Assembly (NCBI GenBank): GCA_951406725.2
Contig: OX597824.1
Span: forward strand, 37,696,001-37,760,000
DNA: 64,000 nt
Source of the DNA: Octopus vulgaris
Lineage: Eukaryota
Direction: 5' to 3'
The notes under the pieces are model-generated. The model made no database searches and was not told the DNA's origin. It worked only from the letters and a program-made list of their open reading frames with translations. Below, in pieces: positions 12,319 to 23,780 of the stretch. The translations under genes and the position numbers were made by a program. Within the stretch, counting starts at the first letter, position 1; the number at the start of each line of letters is the position of its first letter.

Positions 12319-14940
12319 ACGAAAGATCCGCCAGGCAGCCAACCTCTACAACAATAGAGGGTTAATGCTTTATTTCAGTGACAAACTGAAATAGAGCTAT
12401 GTGGAACGAATGCCCTAGTCTGACAATCACTCTCACTAAACAGGAAATATTGAGAAAAAGTGAAGTTGAGCGGATTCACGATGTCTAAAACTCGAAAGCC
12501 TCCATACATCAAGAGTGAAACAATAATAAAAATTGTCTCAGTAACTGTGGTAATGACATATTCATCCGGTTCATGTGGCTTTCTCTAAATCGAAAACAGA
12601 GGTTGCACTATACAAAATGTCAGCATAATCTTCCTTACAGAAAGTGAAAAGTTCATTAATATCACGCGTTCCCGATACATTACAAAAAGAAAATTTACGA
12701 AATCTGTCCATATACAAAACTTGAGAATCAGCACCGAAAGCTACTTCATATATATATATTTACATACATTTGTATTGTAGGTTTTTTATTTTTCTCAGAA
12801 AAATTTAAGACGAAGATGACCATTGCAAGATTTGAGCTATCAACGGCGCAGATATTGAACAAAATATTGAAAGCCATTTAATTTTGTTTTCTGTACTACC
12901 TCACCGATCTCCCAGATAACTTTCATTACTCAGTTTTTTCTAGGATAAGAAACACCCGTCAGTATATAATAATCAATCTATTGGTAGGATTTTGGTGAAA
13001 TCCAACCATTTGTTTCGTTGTTTTTATAATAATTTCACACTTACTGAGAAAAGATGGTAAGATCTTAAAAACAAGCTATTTTAAATTATCTCCTGGAGAA
13101 GTGGCGAAGTTTTGAGCAGAAAACATAAACGGTTCTCATTTTATTAATATATCTCAAAAAGAGAAGTTCTCTGATAATCTGATAAGATACATAAAAAACA
13201 AACAAAACCATTGGTAACTTTTCACCGAGTGCAAATTTGAATAGAAGCATTCGATTGAGTAACCATATTCCAAAGCAAATCAATAACAATATACACAATC
13301 AAAAACACATACATGTAGACATACACGCATCAATGAATGTATGTATGTATGTATGTATACGCACATGCACGGATGTACACGCACACATGTATGCGCACGC
13401 ATAACACCTCCAACGCACATACTCTGCTTATACAAAAGTATCGAAGCCAATGAACATATCTGATAATGTCTTACGGATCAGCGAAGTCACCATTCTTGTA
13501 AATTCCTCCAAAACGAATTAGTCGAAAGTATATAAACTCGTTTATCTCTTCTTATAATATCACGGATTTTCTTTTTTCTTTTGGCTTGTTTTAACGCTAC
13601 TGTTTCTCTGAGCTGTGTCTATATTTTCTGGTTGCTTTTAGTTTACTTTTCCAGATATTTCCAATATTCCTTTTGTAGCTAGAGATTTCTAGGAACAACA
13701 ATATTATGAAGAGACTTATCCTATGTTTAACCTTTTCACTATTTGCTCTCGGCAACGGTTGAAGTAGGTTTACTGATGAAACAAACTAAATTACTGTGGA
13801 TGTTGGCGATCGGCAAAGTTAGAAGTGACTTTAACTGAAAATGAGTTAAAGAAAAACAAAACTAAAATGATAACTAAAAGAGCTAATTTAGCATTAGCCA
13901 ACTAAGTGTCCAATGACTTTGAAGCTGGAGATCCTTCCTTCTGAAACAACAGTTGAAAAAATAAAGAAGAGTTATCACATGTGCAATTAGAAGGCATGCA
14001 AATAATATGCAAATAAGCAAGAGAGTGCTCGAGATAAAGGCCGATAATATTAACGAAGCCTTCAAAGAAAACGATATAAATGAACTCAGATGCCAAATAG
14101 GCAAAGTGGTGCGGAATCGGTAAAAATTTTAATGCACAGAAAGACAGAAATAATCGACAAAGCCTTCGTCTTCAATAATAAATAATTCTACTTTGATTTT
14201 CCTCATTGAAAGATGTGGACCCTAAATACAATAGTTTGGTTAAAATAGAAGAGTGAAATTTTAACCTTTAAATCTAGGTCTGTCTTAAACCATAAATACA
14301 AAACCTGAGGAACGTACCACACATTGATGTTTTAGTTACCTCATCTTTATTTTGCTTTTTATTTCTTAGGAATTGGTGCCAATACCAGTGATATATTAGA
14401 GCCAAGTACTAAAAGCAAAATTATCCCAAAAGTAATAATCCAACAGAACAGTAACTGATTTTAGTTATTAATATTCATGGAACCAGAAGCAAACGTGTAT
14501 CGAAGATTTTCTATATGTACATTTGGGAATGAAGCCAAACAAAAGCTACTACTAATTTTTCAGGCGGCATATTCTCCGCTTATACAGAAAATGTAGACAC
14601 CCATGTTAAGTTACAATAAATCAATGTCTGTAATTTGTGGTACAATCTGTGGCACCAGTCGAACATAGAATGTAGTCACTTCACTGTAAGAAAGGCATGA
14701 CTTACTACTTTTGGTTTTTATTTTCCTTAAAACAAAGAACTCTGTAACCAGGGAAACAAACAAACATTACCAGTTAGTACTATGACAGTGAACACTGTCT
14801 TGGCGACAGGATGTTATAAAGATCGCCATATTATAGGAGACTTTGACTTTTATTAAACAACATCGATAATAAATAAATCAATAATGATGATGAGAAGAAG
14901 AAGAAGAAGAAAAAGAAGAAGAAAAAGAAGAAGAAGAAGA

Positions 14941-15761
14941 AGACCGAACCAATGTGATGAAAAATGGGGGAAGATACAAAGTGCCGATACTGCAACGATG
15001 AGCTTGAAACAGTGGACCGCCTAATCTCTAGGTGTACGGTTTTAGCACCTGTAGATTATAAATCAAGACATGACAGAATTGGCCAATATCGACACTGGTT
15101 AATATGTCGGCATTATAAAATCAAAACTGCTGACAAATGGTGGAAGCAATATCCTGAGGCTGTAACTGAGGAAGAAAATGTTAAGATTCCTTGGGACTTT
15201 CCAGTACATGCAGATCGGACCATAAAAACTAATAAACCAGATATTGTGAAATACCAAAGCAATAAAGTCTGTTTATTGACTGACGTGAGCATACCTTGTG
15301 ATCATAATATTATCGGCAAAAGAATTTGTTAAGCTCAGAAAATATAAAGATTTGCTGATTGAAATTGAAAAAATGTGGCATCTCAAGACGGTTACAAAAC
15401 CAATGATTGTAGGAGCACTTGGAATGATAAAAAAAAGGAACTGAAAATTATTTGAGGATGATCCCTCGCTTACCATCCGTGTAGGAAGTACAAAAGATTA
15501 TCTTAACTGGAACGTCACACAAGAGCATTGTTGCTGTAAATATTCTTTACTTTTCCTCTTTTATTTTATTTTTATTTTTACATTTTTTTCGTTTGTTTTC
15601 CTCCCTTCCAGTCTTTCTTCCATTTTTTTATCACATGACTTTGTAAGTAAGCAATCTGATGTCTTTATTTTAATGGCCTACCAATGTATACAGTGAGTTT
15701 CTTTGCCCTAGATGTCGGGAAGACACTCAGCAAGAAATGGAAGTAAAATTGAAAGAAGAGG

Positions 15762-15811
<50 letters not shown>
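14941..15811 (+). mobile_element. R4/Dong-clade non-LTR retrotransposon 3' end (CCHC + RLE) with (TAA)n tail
   Basis: ORF 14964-15332 has CRYC..ETVDRLISRC, RHD, IPWDF and KPDIV. It continues as KYKDLLIEIEKMWHLK..IVGALG. 3' UTR then (TAA)n at 15762-15811. Confidence 0.9.
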
Positions 15812-15812
<1 letters not shown>

Positions 15813-16019
15813 TGTGAGTTTACTTTCCAGATCTACTTTAACCGTAGATCTGGAGTCCATTGCATTCATTGACTGAGACTGGACCTACGAGATAACTGGC
15901 CAGCATTTGTCTGAAGCGAAACAGTGGACAGAATTGACAGACAAAACAAGGTTGCCCGTTTTTCACAAGTCTAAAGAAACTGATATTTTCATCACCATTT
16001 TTCATCATAGCTTAAGTCA

Positions 16020-16335
16020 GAGTAAGAATAAATTTACGTGAACTAGGACTGTTTTAGAAGCAAGATCACTTGCTCAGTGACCACTGATATAGATATAGTA
16101 GCTATAAGCGAGACTGAACGTTTCTGGAACGTTCACGTTCTTAACCATCTTCAATAACTCTACGGTATATGCCTCTTATAATTGGTTTGCATCTGCAAGT
16201 GGAGTAGAAGTGATGCTCCGGAGAGGTTTTTAGTTCAAAAGGCTCGGAGGGTTTTTTCTAAATCTGGAGAGTGGTGCTGGATGTGAGAGTTAACAAAGGT
16301 GGTGCCTTTAAACTAATGGCTGACCATACTCCAAC
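16020..16335 (+). mobile_element. L1/Tx1-like APE endonuclease N-terminal relic
   Basis: Motifs INLRELG, DIDIVAISET, GVEVMLRR and VVLDVRVNKGGAFKLMA, with frameshifts. Confidence 0.6.
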
Positions 16336-16539
16336 AGTTCACCTGTTCCCAGTTCACCATTTAACTCCTACAGTTTCCGTAGTTATAGGTCGACAGTCAA
16401 TATAAAGAGATGACATTAATGAAGGCACTCTAGAGATGGTATCAGACACGTTTCTGTACAGCTCGTCTCGCTTACGAAGAACTGAAGGTTTATCATCTGG
16501 AGATTTGCCAGGCGCTCAAAGCTCAGGTAATGAGATTGA

Positions 16540-17386
16540 AGAAAATTCTAAGGGAGGATATTACAGAGAATTAGAGGTAGAAAAGAGCGACATTTTGGAG
16601 GAAACTCTAGGTATCGATGAATATCAAGAGGTCTGTTGCGAGAATTTTCAGCCCGGGTATTATGGCTAGCTTTCAGAAATTTCTGGCGTAGCAGTGACAC
16701 CAGGTAAGATTATAGATTAGGGACATAACCAACGTGCGCGCAAAGCGACATAACCGTCCTGCGACGCACTTTTGATGATAGGACTCAAATCCAGTCTAAA
16801 AGGAGTACAAAAACGCTGTGACAAAATAGCTATTCAAATACACTGAGAGTTGTGCAAGAAGTATGGGCTAGAATGTTCCAGCAAGTGGTATGAGTACCGA
16901 CCTTTGCCTGTAGCAGAGAATGATCGGGTAAAACTCATGTGGGATATGCCGATATACAGAGACAAAAGCTTCAACATAACCGACCAGATATTTCCCTCCT
17001 ACTGAAGGAGTTCAACGAATGAAGTGCATCGACGTTGCCATGCCTACAGACCAGAATATTGTAAAAACAGAGGACGAGAAAGTCCGGAAGTACCAAAACT
17101 TAGGATTGAAAGTGAATAGTGTTCATAGAACCTCAAAAGTGAGTGTGGTACCTTTTGTGATAGGTACAACTGAGACCATATCAAAAAAGATCTCTATTGT
17201 GGCATCAAAAGGTGCAGATACTAAACTTCATAGGAAATATTCAGATGGCAGCAATATTTGGAACGGCTCATGTGTTGGGGAAAGTGTTGCGACACTGAGC
17301 TACGGGATGGAGCTGAGGCCTGACGTAGACAAATCAGAAGTTAAGTGAACAACAACAACAATAACAACAATAATAATAATAATAAT
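16540..17386 (+). mobile_element. Second R4/Dong-clade 3' fragment with (AAC)/(AAT)n tail
   Basis: RCDKIAIQIH*ELCKKYGLECSSKWYEY..VKLMWD..HNRPDI..CIDVAMPTDQNI..EDEKVRKYQNL..VVPFVIGT. Confidence 0.88.
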
Positions 17387-17550
17387 AGTTAGGACTAAGC
17401 CATAGAGACTAACCATACTAGTGAGGCAAGAAGATCAGACATAAATATCGAGGATAAAATAAACAAACAATGCAAGATCATAAATCTTGGAATTCCCTAT
17501 GATAGCAGAGTTGATGCCAAAGAAATGGAAAAAAATGAGAAACACCATTA
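17387..17550 (+). mobile_element. Third R4/Dong RLE fragment
   Basis: TNHTSEARRSDINIEDKINKQCKIINLGIPYDSRVDAKEMEK (PD..D nuclease region). Confidence 0.75.
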
Positions 17551-17584
17551 TTTTGAAAATTTTTAACTAGTCCTATATTTAATT

Positions 17585-18275
17585 ATAGCCTCTCAGGAAT
17601 AAGTCATTAAGACAAATTTGATAAAGGCAAAGATTGATAAAATTCAACCAGAGAGCAAATGTAAATTTTTTTTTTTTTTTGGAAACGAGACGAAAGTATT
17701 AACCACCTCCTGAATGAATGCAGTGATCTAAAACAAAAAGAGTATAAGCCTAGACATGAGTGTGTAGGTAAAAGGATACATTGGGATATTAACCGATTTT
17801 GTAAATTAAAAGTAGTAGAAAAGTGGTAAATTAAAAGTAGTAGAAAAGCTGTGATAGAAAATAAGAATTACAAGATTTTATGAACTTTCTCCATAAGGAC
17901 TGGTCATGCTAATGAAGCAATAAGATCAGATATGATTATAGCGAACAAGAGAAAGAAATAGTGTAAGAAACAGTACAATACCATACGATAATCCAGTGGG
18001 TACCAAAGAAGTTATGAACAATGTGAAATATTAGGATTTAACTGGAGACATGAAGACATTGTGGATGACTAAAGCGATAATTATTCCTGTGGTAATTTAT
18101 GCACTTGGCACAACACCCAAACTGCTACCTAAGAGACTGGAATTGGGATCTGCATTGTTGACCCGCAGAAAAGTATCCTCCTGTATTCTGCAGGACTCCT
18201 TAGAAAGATTTTTGAGATTTTAGAAGACTTGTCACCAAACTCCTGAGAAAAAGTTTGACATCCTTGCTAACTAAT
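17585..18275 (+). mobile_element. Fourth R4/Dong 3' fragment
   Basis: QE*VIKTNLIKAKIDK..SKC, SINHLLNECSDLKQKEYKPRHECVGKRIHW, IIPVVIYALGTTPK and QKSILLYSAGLLRKIFEI. Confidence 0.85.
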
Positions 18276-18282
18276 AAAGCAT

Positions 18283-18660
18283 ATCTCTTTTACTCTTTTC
18301 AGTCATTTGACTGTGGCCATGCTGGAGCACCACTTTTAGTCGAGCAAATCGACCCCAGGATTTATTTTTTGTAAGCCTAGTACTTATTCTATCGGTCTCT
18401 TTTGCCGAACCGCTAAGTTACGGGGACGTAAACACACCAGCATCGGTTGTCAAGCGATGTTGGGAGGACAAACGCAGACACACAAACACATACACACACA
18501 TACATACATATACATATATACGACGGGCTTCTTTCAGTTTCCGTCTACCAAATCCACTCACAAGACTTTGGTCGGCCCGAGGCGATAGTAGAAGACAGTT
18601 GCCCAAGGTGTCACGTAGTGGGACTGAACCCTGAACCATGTAGTCGGTAAGCAAGCTACT
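18283..18660 (-). mobile_element. tRNA-derived SINE family B (CORE-like, OR-type)
   Basis: Reverse complement of the 57568-57960 element, including GGTTCAGTCCC B-box and CCTTGGGCAA. Confidence 0.9.
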
Positions 18661-18688
18661 TTATAATAATAATAACAACAACAACAAC

Positions 18689-18725
<37 letters not shown>

Positions 18726-19530
18726 CGGTGGTATACTGTAGAATAGGGGACAAAATATTTCGCATGTGGTATTATATTCATCCCCTTTCATCTTTTGAAT
18801 TCAAATCCTACTGGAATCGACGTTGCCTTTCAAATTTCCGGGTCAATTAAATAATTATTAGTTAGGGATGAATTTAATCGACTGTCCCCTAAAAATGTGT
18901 GCGGTATTTTGTCAATGCTAGAGAACATTATAGTAATTAAAAGCGTTTTCCCTTTGAAAAACTACTTCGCAGGTTTTTACCCTGTTGCCGAATTCACCAG
19001 TGACTCCAAGAGAATTCTATTGTCAGAATGTTATCTTAATGAGAGGCTATAAAATAATATAGTTAACGATATCTTTCAGAGAAAACAATTAATTAACAAA
19101 ACAGTGAAAAACCCACGGGAGTTTTTCCATGAGAAATATTTACTTGTGGCCTAATGTTCATAGTGACATTTTAAAATTTCCAACCAACGAAAATAGCGCA
19201 ACATCACTTTGAGGTTATCATGTTTGACAGAATCTAAGAATCACAACCAAAAAATATTTAACAAAAAATTAGTGGCGACTGTAATGTTTTATGTCAAGTT
19301 TGTGATTTTTAACAGTTTCTATCCTATTAGTGACGTAACATTTAAAACTAACCTGGAAATATTAATATGAAAAAATACCAGAAACGACCGATTCTGTAGT
19401 CGAAACCTCAAAATGATGTGACATATGATTCTCAGGTGATACTCAGACAAGAGAGATTGCGGTCCTGACTTCCTATAATTGATATAATACTTGTTTGAAG
19501 TATTTTTATCTAATATTTGAAGTATATATA

Positions 19531-19761
19531 TATTTCTTTACTACCCACAAGGGGCTAAACATAGAGGGGGAATACAAGGACAGACAAACGGATTAAGTCG
19601 ATTACATCGACCCCAGTGCGTAACTGGTACTTAATTTATCGACTCCGAAAGGATGAAAGGCAAAGTCGACCTCGGCGGAATTTGAATTCAGAACGTAGCG
19701 ACGGGCGAAATACCGCAAAGCACTTAGCCCGGCGTGCTAACGTCTCTGCCAGCTCGCCGCC
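19531..19761 (-). mobile_element. SINE family A, young full-length copy
   Basis: Intact head and core. 17-bp TSD TATTTGAAGT(A/T)TATATA at 19514-19530 and 19764-19780. Confidence 0.92.
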
Positions 19762-19799
19762 TGTATTTGAAGTTTATATATCTATTTCAAAGGGTTCTC

Positions 19800-20580
19800 C
19801 AAATTCACCCATCATTCTAACAACTACAAGAATGCTTTCAAAAACTTTTGGACGGCACAGGACGATGAGGTTACGAATTACAAAAAGAAAAACGTGTAAA
19901 TAATGGAATACCAAAGACACAAAAACATTCAAAGAAAAATTTTTCAAAAAAAGAAAGACTTTCGTGGGCTGCTCTCGAGACCTCACAAACCCAACAATAA
20001 ACTGAACAAAAAGCAACGCCAATTAAATACACAACTCTTACCATATCTCCAACAAATTGCACCCGCTTCCAAATTTGTGTTAGTAAGAAGAAAAAATATA
20101 GGACTTCTCTTTTTCATGGAGCAAAGAAGAGAAGTAGAGACAGCGGGCAGACTTTCGGGAAAAGAAGTGAAAATTCTGGAGGACGAGAAATTGGTAAGGC
20201 TGCCAGTAGATAAATATAGGGAAATGAAAGAGAGTCTCTCACATGACCTTGAACAGACTACTTCAGAGTTTCACCAAGGGACTCCACACAAAGAAATCAT
20301 TTTAACACACTTGACTGCTTTCAAAAATTCGTTTGGGTAGGTGTCCATCTTTTATTCTTCCTTTTTTACCTAGCCATCAGCGAGAAGAATTTCCGACGCA
20401 TGGGCCATAGGGCAAATTTATGATAACCTTGAGATTTATGTATTTCTGAATCGATCTGGAATGCAGGTCAGAATCTCGAGATACGTTCAATCTGCACGAA
20501 CCCGGACGGTAAGTTGGAGGTCCTCGACTTGAACAGCAGTGAAAGGGGTACACTTCAGGAGAGTAGCTCTCCACTTTCTG
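19800..20580 (+). mobile_element. Probable L1/Tx1 relic (ORF1-like region followed by an APE fragment)
   Basis: NLEIRSICTNPDGKLEVLDLNSSERG near 20470-20550 resembles the APE fragment at 16270. Assigning ORF 19903-20340 to ORF1 is positional inference only. Confidence 0.5.
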
Positions 20581-21399
20581 TCACTTAAACGGAATTATCT
20601 TCTACAGCCAAGAATTGGCTACTGATCTAAACGTCACAGATCCAATCAGCTGTAAATCAACCAATCGAAATGACTCCTCAGAAAAAAAAAAACTAATCAG
20701 AGAGACAACCGCTATTATAGCTGTTGTTTTTTTAGCCTCTGGTCAGAGTCACGATCAAGAGTTCTAACCACGACCAGCTTTTCTTTTATCGTTATGTCTT
20801 GAAGTACATTATCCATGGCGGTTCGCCTTTTTTTAAGACAACAAGATGTGATTTGAAAAGTTTGATGGCTAATTTTAGTTGGTCAAGCGAACATTTTATT
20901 GTACATGTGCAGCAAGGTAAGTTCGGTAGGCACCACAAGAAGAAGAAATGTATTCCAACTGATAAGTTTACCAATATTTTCTTCGAAATTAATTAGAAAG
21001 GATGTATAAAATGTAGCCTTCCTGCTTGATCGAACCCGACCCCGCAGCCAACTATTTGCATTCATCCGGCATTGCATCAATAAGCTATTTGGTATGACAA
21101 TTTCTTTGATTTTCCTTTCTTCATACATTTGTAATTAATAAATTAAACATTTCGTTTTTTAAAGAAAAATTAATATCGTGATAGAATCTGTCGTTTTATT
21201 TGCTATTAATCCTTTTTGAGAAACATAGATTAGCATTTTAATGAAGATCATTATGAAACATTTTTTGGTTAATTGTTTGGTAGGATTAAACGAAGATGGC
21301 ACGTCACATATATTTTGTTACTTCGCAAAAAGATCAGTTTGTTGATCAATTCGCTATTATAATGGTTTCTACATTTTAGTATTAATCATTTGTATTTTT

Positions 21400-21918
21400 C
21401 CGAGGTTGACTTTACCTTTCGTTCTTTCGGGATCGATGAAATAAGTACCAGTTAAACACTGGGGCCCGATGTAACCGACTTACGCTCTACTTACGATCTT
21501 GCTGACCTTGTTCGAAAATTTGAAACCAATATAATTAATTTATAAGAAGGCGAGCTGGTAGAAACTTTAGCACGCCAGGCTAAATGCTTAGCGGTATTTC
21601 GTCTGACGTTACGTTCTGAGTTCAAATTCCGCCGAGGTCGACTTTGCCTTTCATCCTTTCAAGGTCAATAAATTAAGTACCAGTTACGCACTGGGGTCGA
21701 TATAATCGACTTAATCCGTTTGTCTGTCCTTGTTTGCCCTCTCTGTGTGTAGCCCCTTGTGAGCAGTAAAGAAATAGGTATTTAGTCTGTCTTTGCGTTC
21801 TGAGTTCAAATTCCGCCGAAGTCGATGAAATAGGTACCAGTTGAACACTGGAGTTAGTGTAATCGACTTAATCCCATCCCCAACATGTCTGGCCTTGTGC
21901 CAAAATTTGAAACCAATA
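21400..21918 (+). mobile_element. SINE family A fragment plus dimeric copy
   Basis: Core and 3' end at 21400-21530. Full head at 21548 followed by two units. Confidence 0.9.
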
Positions 21919-22172
21919 ATAGTAATTTGTAAGACTGTTTTGGGGGTAGACTGAAATCTTGCTCAACAGTTTTAATCAATATTCTGCTGAATAAATCTAA
22001 TTTCTATGTAAGAGCTATAATTTCTAACATAGGAACATGGTTATAAATTTGTGGCGAGGAGCCAATCATCTAAATCTACTGCAGAATTTGACTGTTATGT
22101 CATTTCAGAAATCCCAGAAGGACGAAAGCCAAGACTGTCCTCAGTAGGATTTAAATTCAGAATGTAAACAGC

Positions 22173-22236
<64 letters not shown>

Positions 22237-22355
22237 TAATTTCTTCGAAGCACTGCATATATTCAATAATGTATTGTGCTGTAATTTATTAATTTGTAAT
22301 TATAACTCTATTTATGACTATTAAATCTTCTAAGCCCAAACCCAGATGGATGGTT

Positions 22356-22420
<65 letters not shown>

Positions 22421-22698
22421 GTAAGTAGGAATATATATATATGAGTAGGAATGTGGCGCTCAGAACGCTATTCGTTAACGTATAAATTGACTGGTTAACG
22501 TTCATGCATAAAACTTATGTGGCAGTCGCACGAGAAGATCACATATGTCATGTGACATTTAGAAAAAAAGAGAGATGAATAAGTGATATAATCATTGTTT
22601 ACATAAATGTGCTATGGATAGTTATTGTTTATTATTCGTTGAAGAAGAATTAGTGCTAGTTTCCTCTCATTGAACATGTTAAAACATATCCCTTCTTT

Positions 22699-23281
22699 AA
22701 TTTATTTACATTTGACGGATATTGGTCCGCATCTTGGTGGTCGCCATTTTTCAAAAGGGTAGAGGAACATCGCAAAGCTGTGACACGGGGAGATATTGAT
22801 AAATCGGGTATAGCTGATCATGTATGGAAAAATGGAGACCACCATCCCCCTGTGAGATGAAGTTAAAATAATAGACAGAGAACATCACTGGAAAATACGA
22901 AAACTAAAAGAAGCAGCACATATGCTAGGACACAACAATCTTCTAAGCACACTGAGTGCAAATATGAACAGCATACGGGAACCGGTATTAAGGAAGGATA
23001 GGATAATATTAGATTTATAAGCCCTAAAATTCACTCCATAATTCACTCCACTGGCATATAGCGCTGTGGTTAATAGCGCGGGCTACTAACCCCAAGATTC
23101 CGAGTTCGATTCCAGGCAGCGACCCTAAAAATAATATTAAAAACAACATCGAAAAATACATTAGGAATGAGAACCCAGGCTGGAGGGTATATCAGCCAAA
23201 ACAAGATGAGGACATATATCTGTCAATTGTAAAAAATGTAAATAATGTACATAATTCCTCATCTCTCAAAAATAGAACTGT
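22699..23281 (+). mobile_element. 5'-truncated Penelope-like element (GIY-YIG C-terminus, terminal repeat, inverted 5' segment)
   Basis: KRVEEHRKAVTRGDIDKSGIADHVWKNGDHHP..DEVKIIDREHHWKIRKLKEAAHM at ~22750-22925. 22700-22736 is inverted relative to 23201-23236. 13-bp TSD ATATCCCTTCTTT at 22686-22698 and 23282-23294. Confidence 0.88.
23053..23124 (+). other. tRNA-like module (Pol III A/B boxes) inside the PLE 3' region
   Basis: A-box TAGCGCTGTGG, anticodon-like arm GGG-CTACTAA-CCC and B-box GAGTTCGATTCC. The acceptor stem is imperfect, so it is not called a functional tRNA. Confidence 0.65.
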
Positions 23282-23454
23282 ATATCCCTTCTTTGTTAAC
23301 AAAATGTGGGGTGAATAAGATAACGTGATGCGGAGTAAATAAGGTAAATGATAGCTGCTACAGGTATTTTGGTTTTCTTAAGAACGATCCCAAGCCGACA
23401 TTCTACAATATTTAATTCGTAGGCTAAGAAGATCGTATATTACTGATGTTTGTT

Positions 23455-23780
23455 ATAGCCTGTTCAGCGGTGGCTTGCATTTTTAATAAACGAACTTATC
23501 GTTATTAATTCTTGCTTGGTCTGGAGTATTCTGTGCACATTGATTAAGTAGGAAGAAAAGAAATTTGGGAGACTTGGTTTTCGTGCATGTATCCAGATGT
23601 TCACTAAGTAGAATTTGTCTAGTTTTGGGATTACATATCTGTTGACGATGAATATTTAATCTCATTCTTAAATTAAGTTTACTTTGTCTAATGTAGTCTT
23701 TCCAGCATTCATTGCATTTGATGGCATATATTAAATATTTTAAGGAACGAGTAAAATGGTTAGAAATATGAGGTTAGTAA
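23455..23780 (-). mobile_element. Penelope-like GIY-YIG endonuclease fragment of a second PLE lineage
   Basis: Minus strand reads HFTRSLKYLIYAIKCNECWKDYIRQSKLNLRMRLNIHRQQI..LSEHLDTC..KPPLN. Confidence 0.85.

Noticed and set aside
23053-23124. Possible tRNA gene, and likewise the SINE heads at 9800, 56647 and 57568
   Set aside because: Acceptor stems are imperfect and the sequences are embedded in mobile elements, so they are tRNA-derived rather than tRNA genes.
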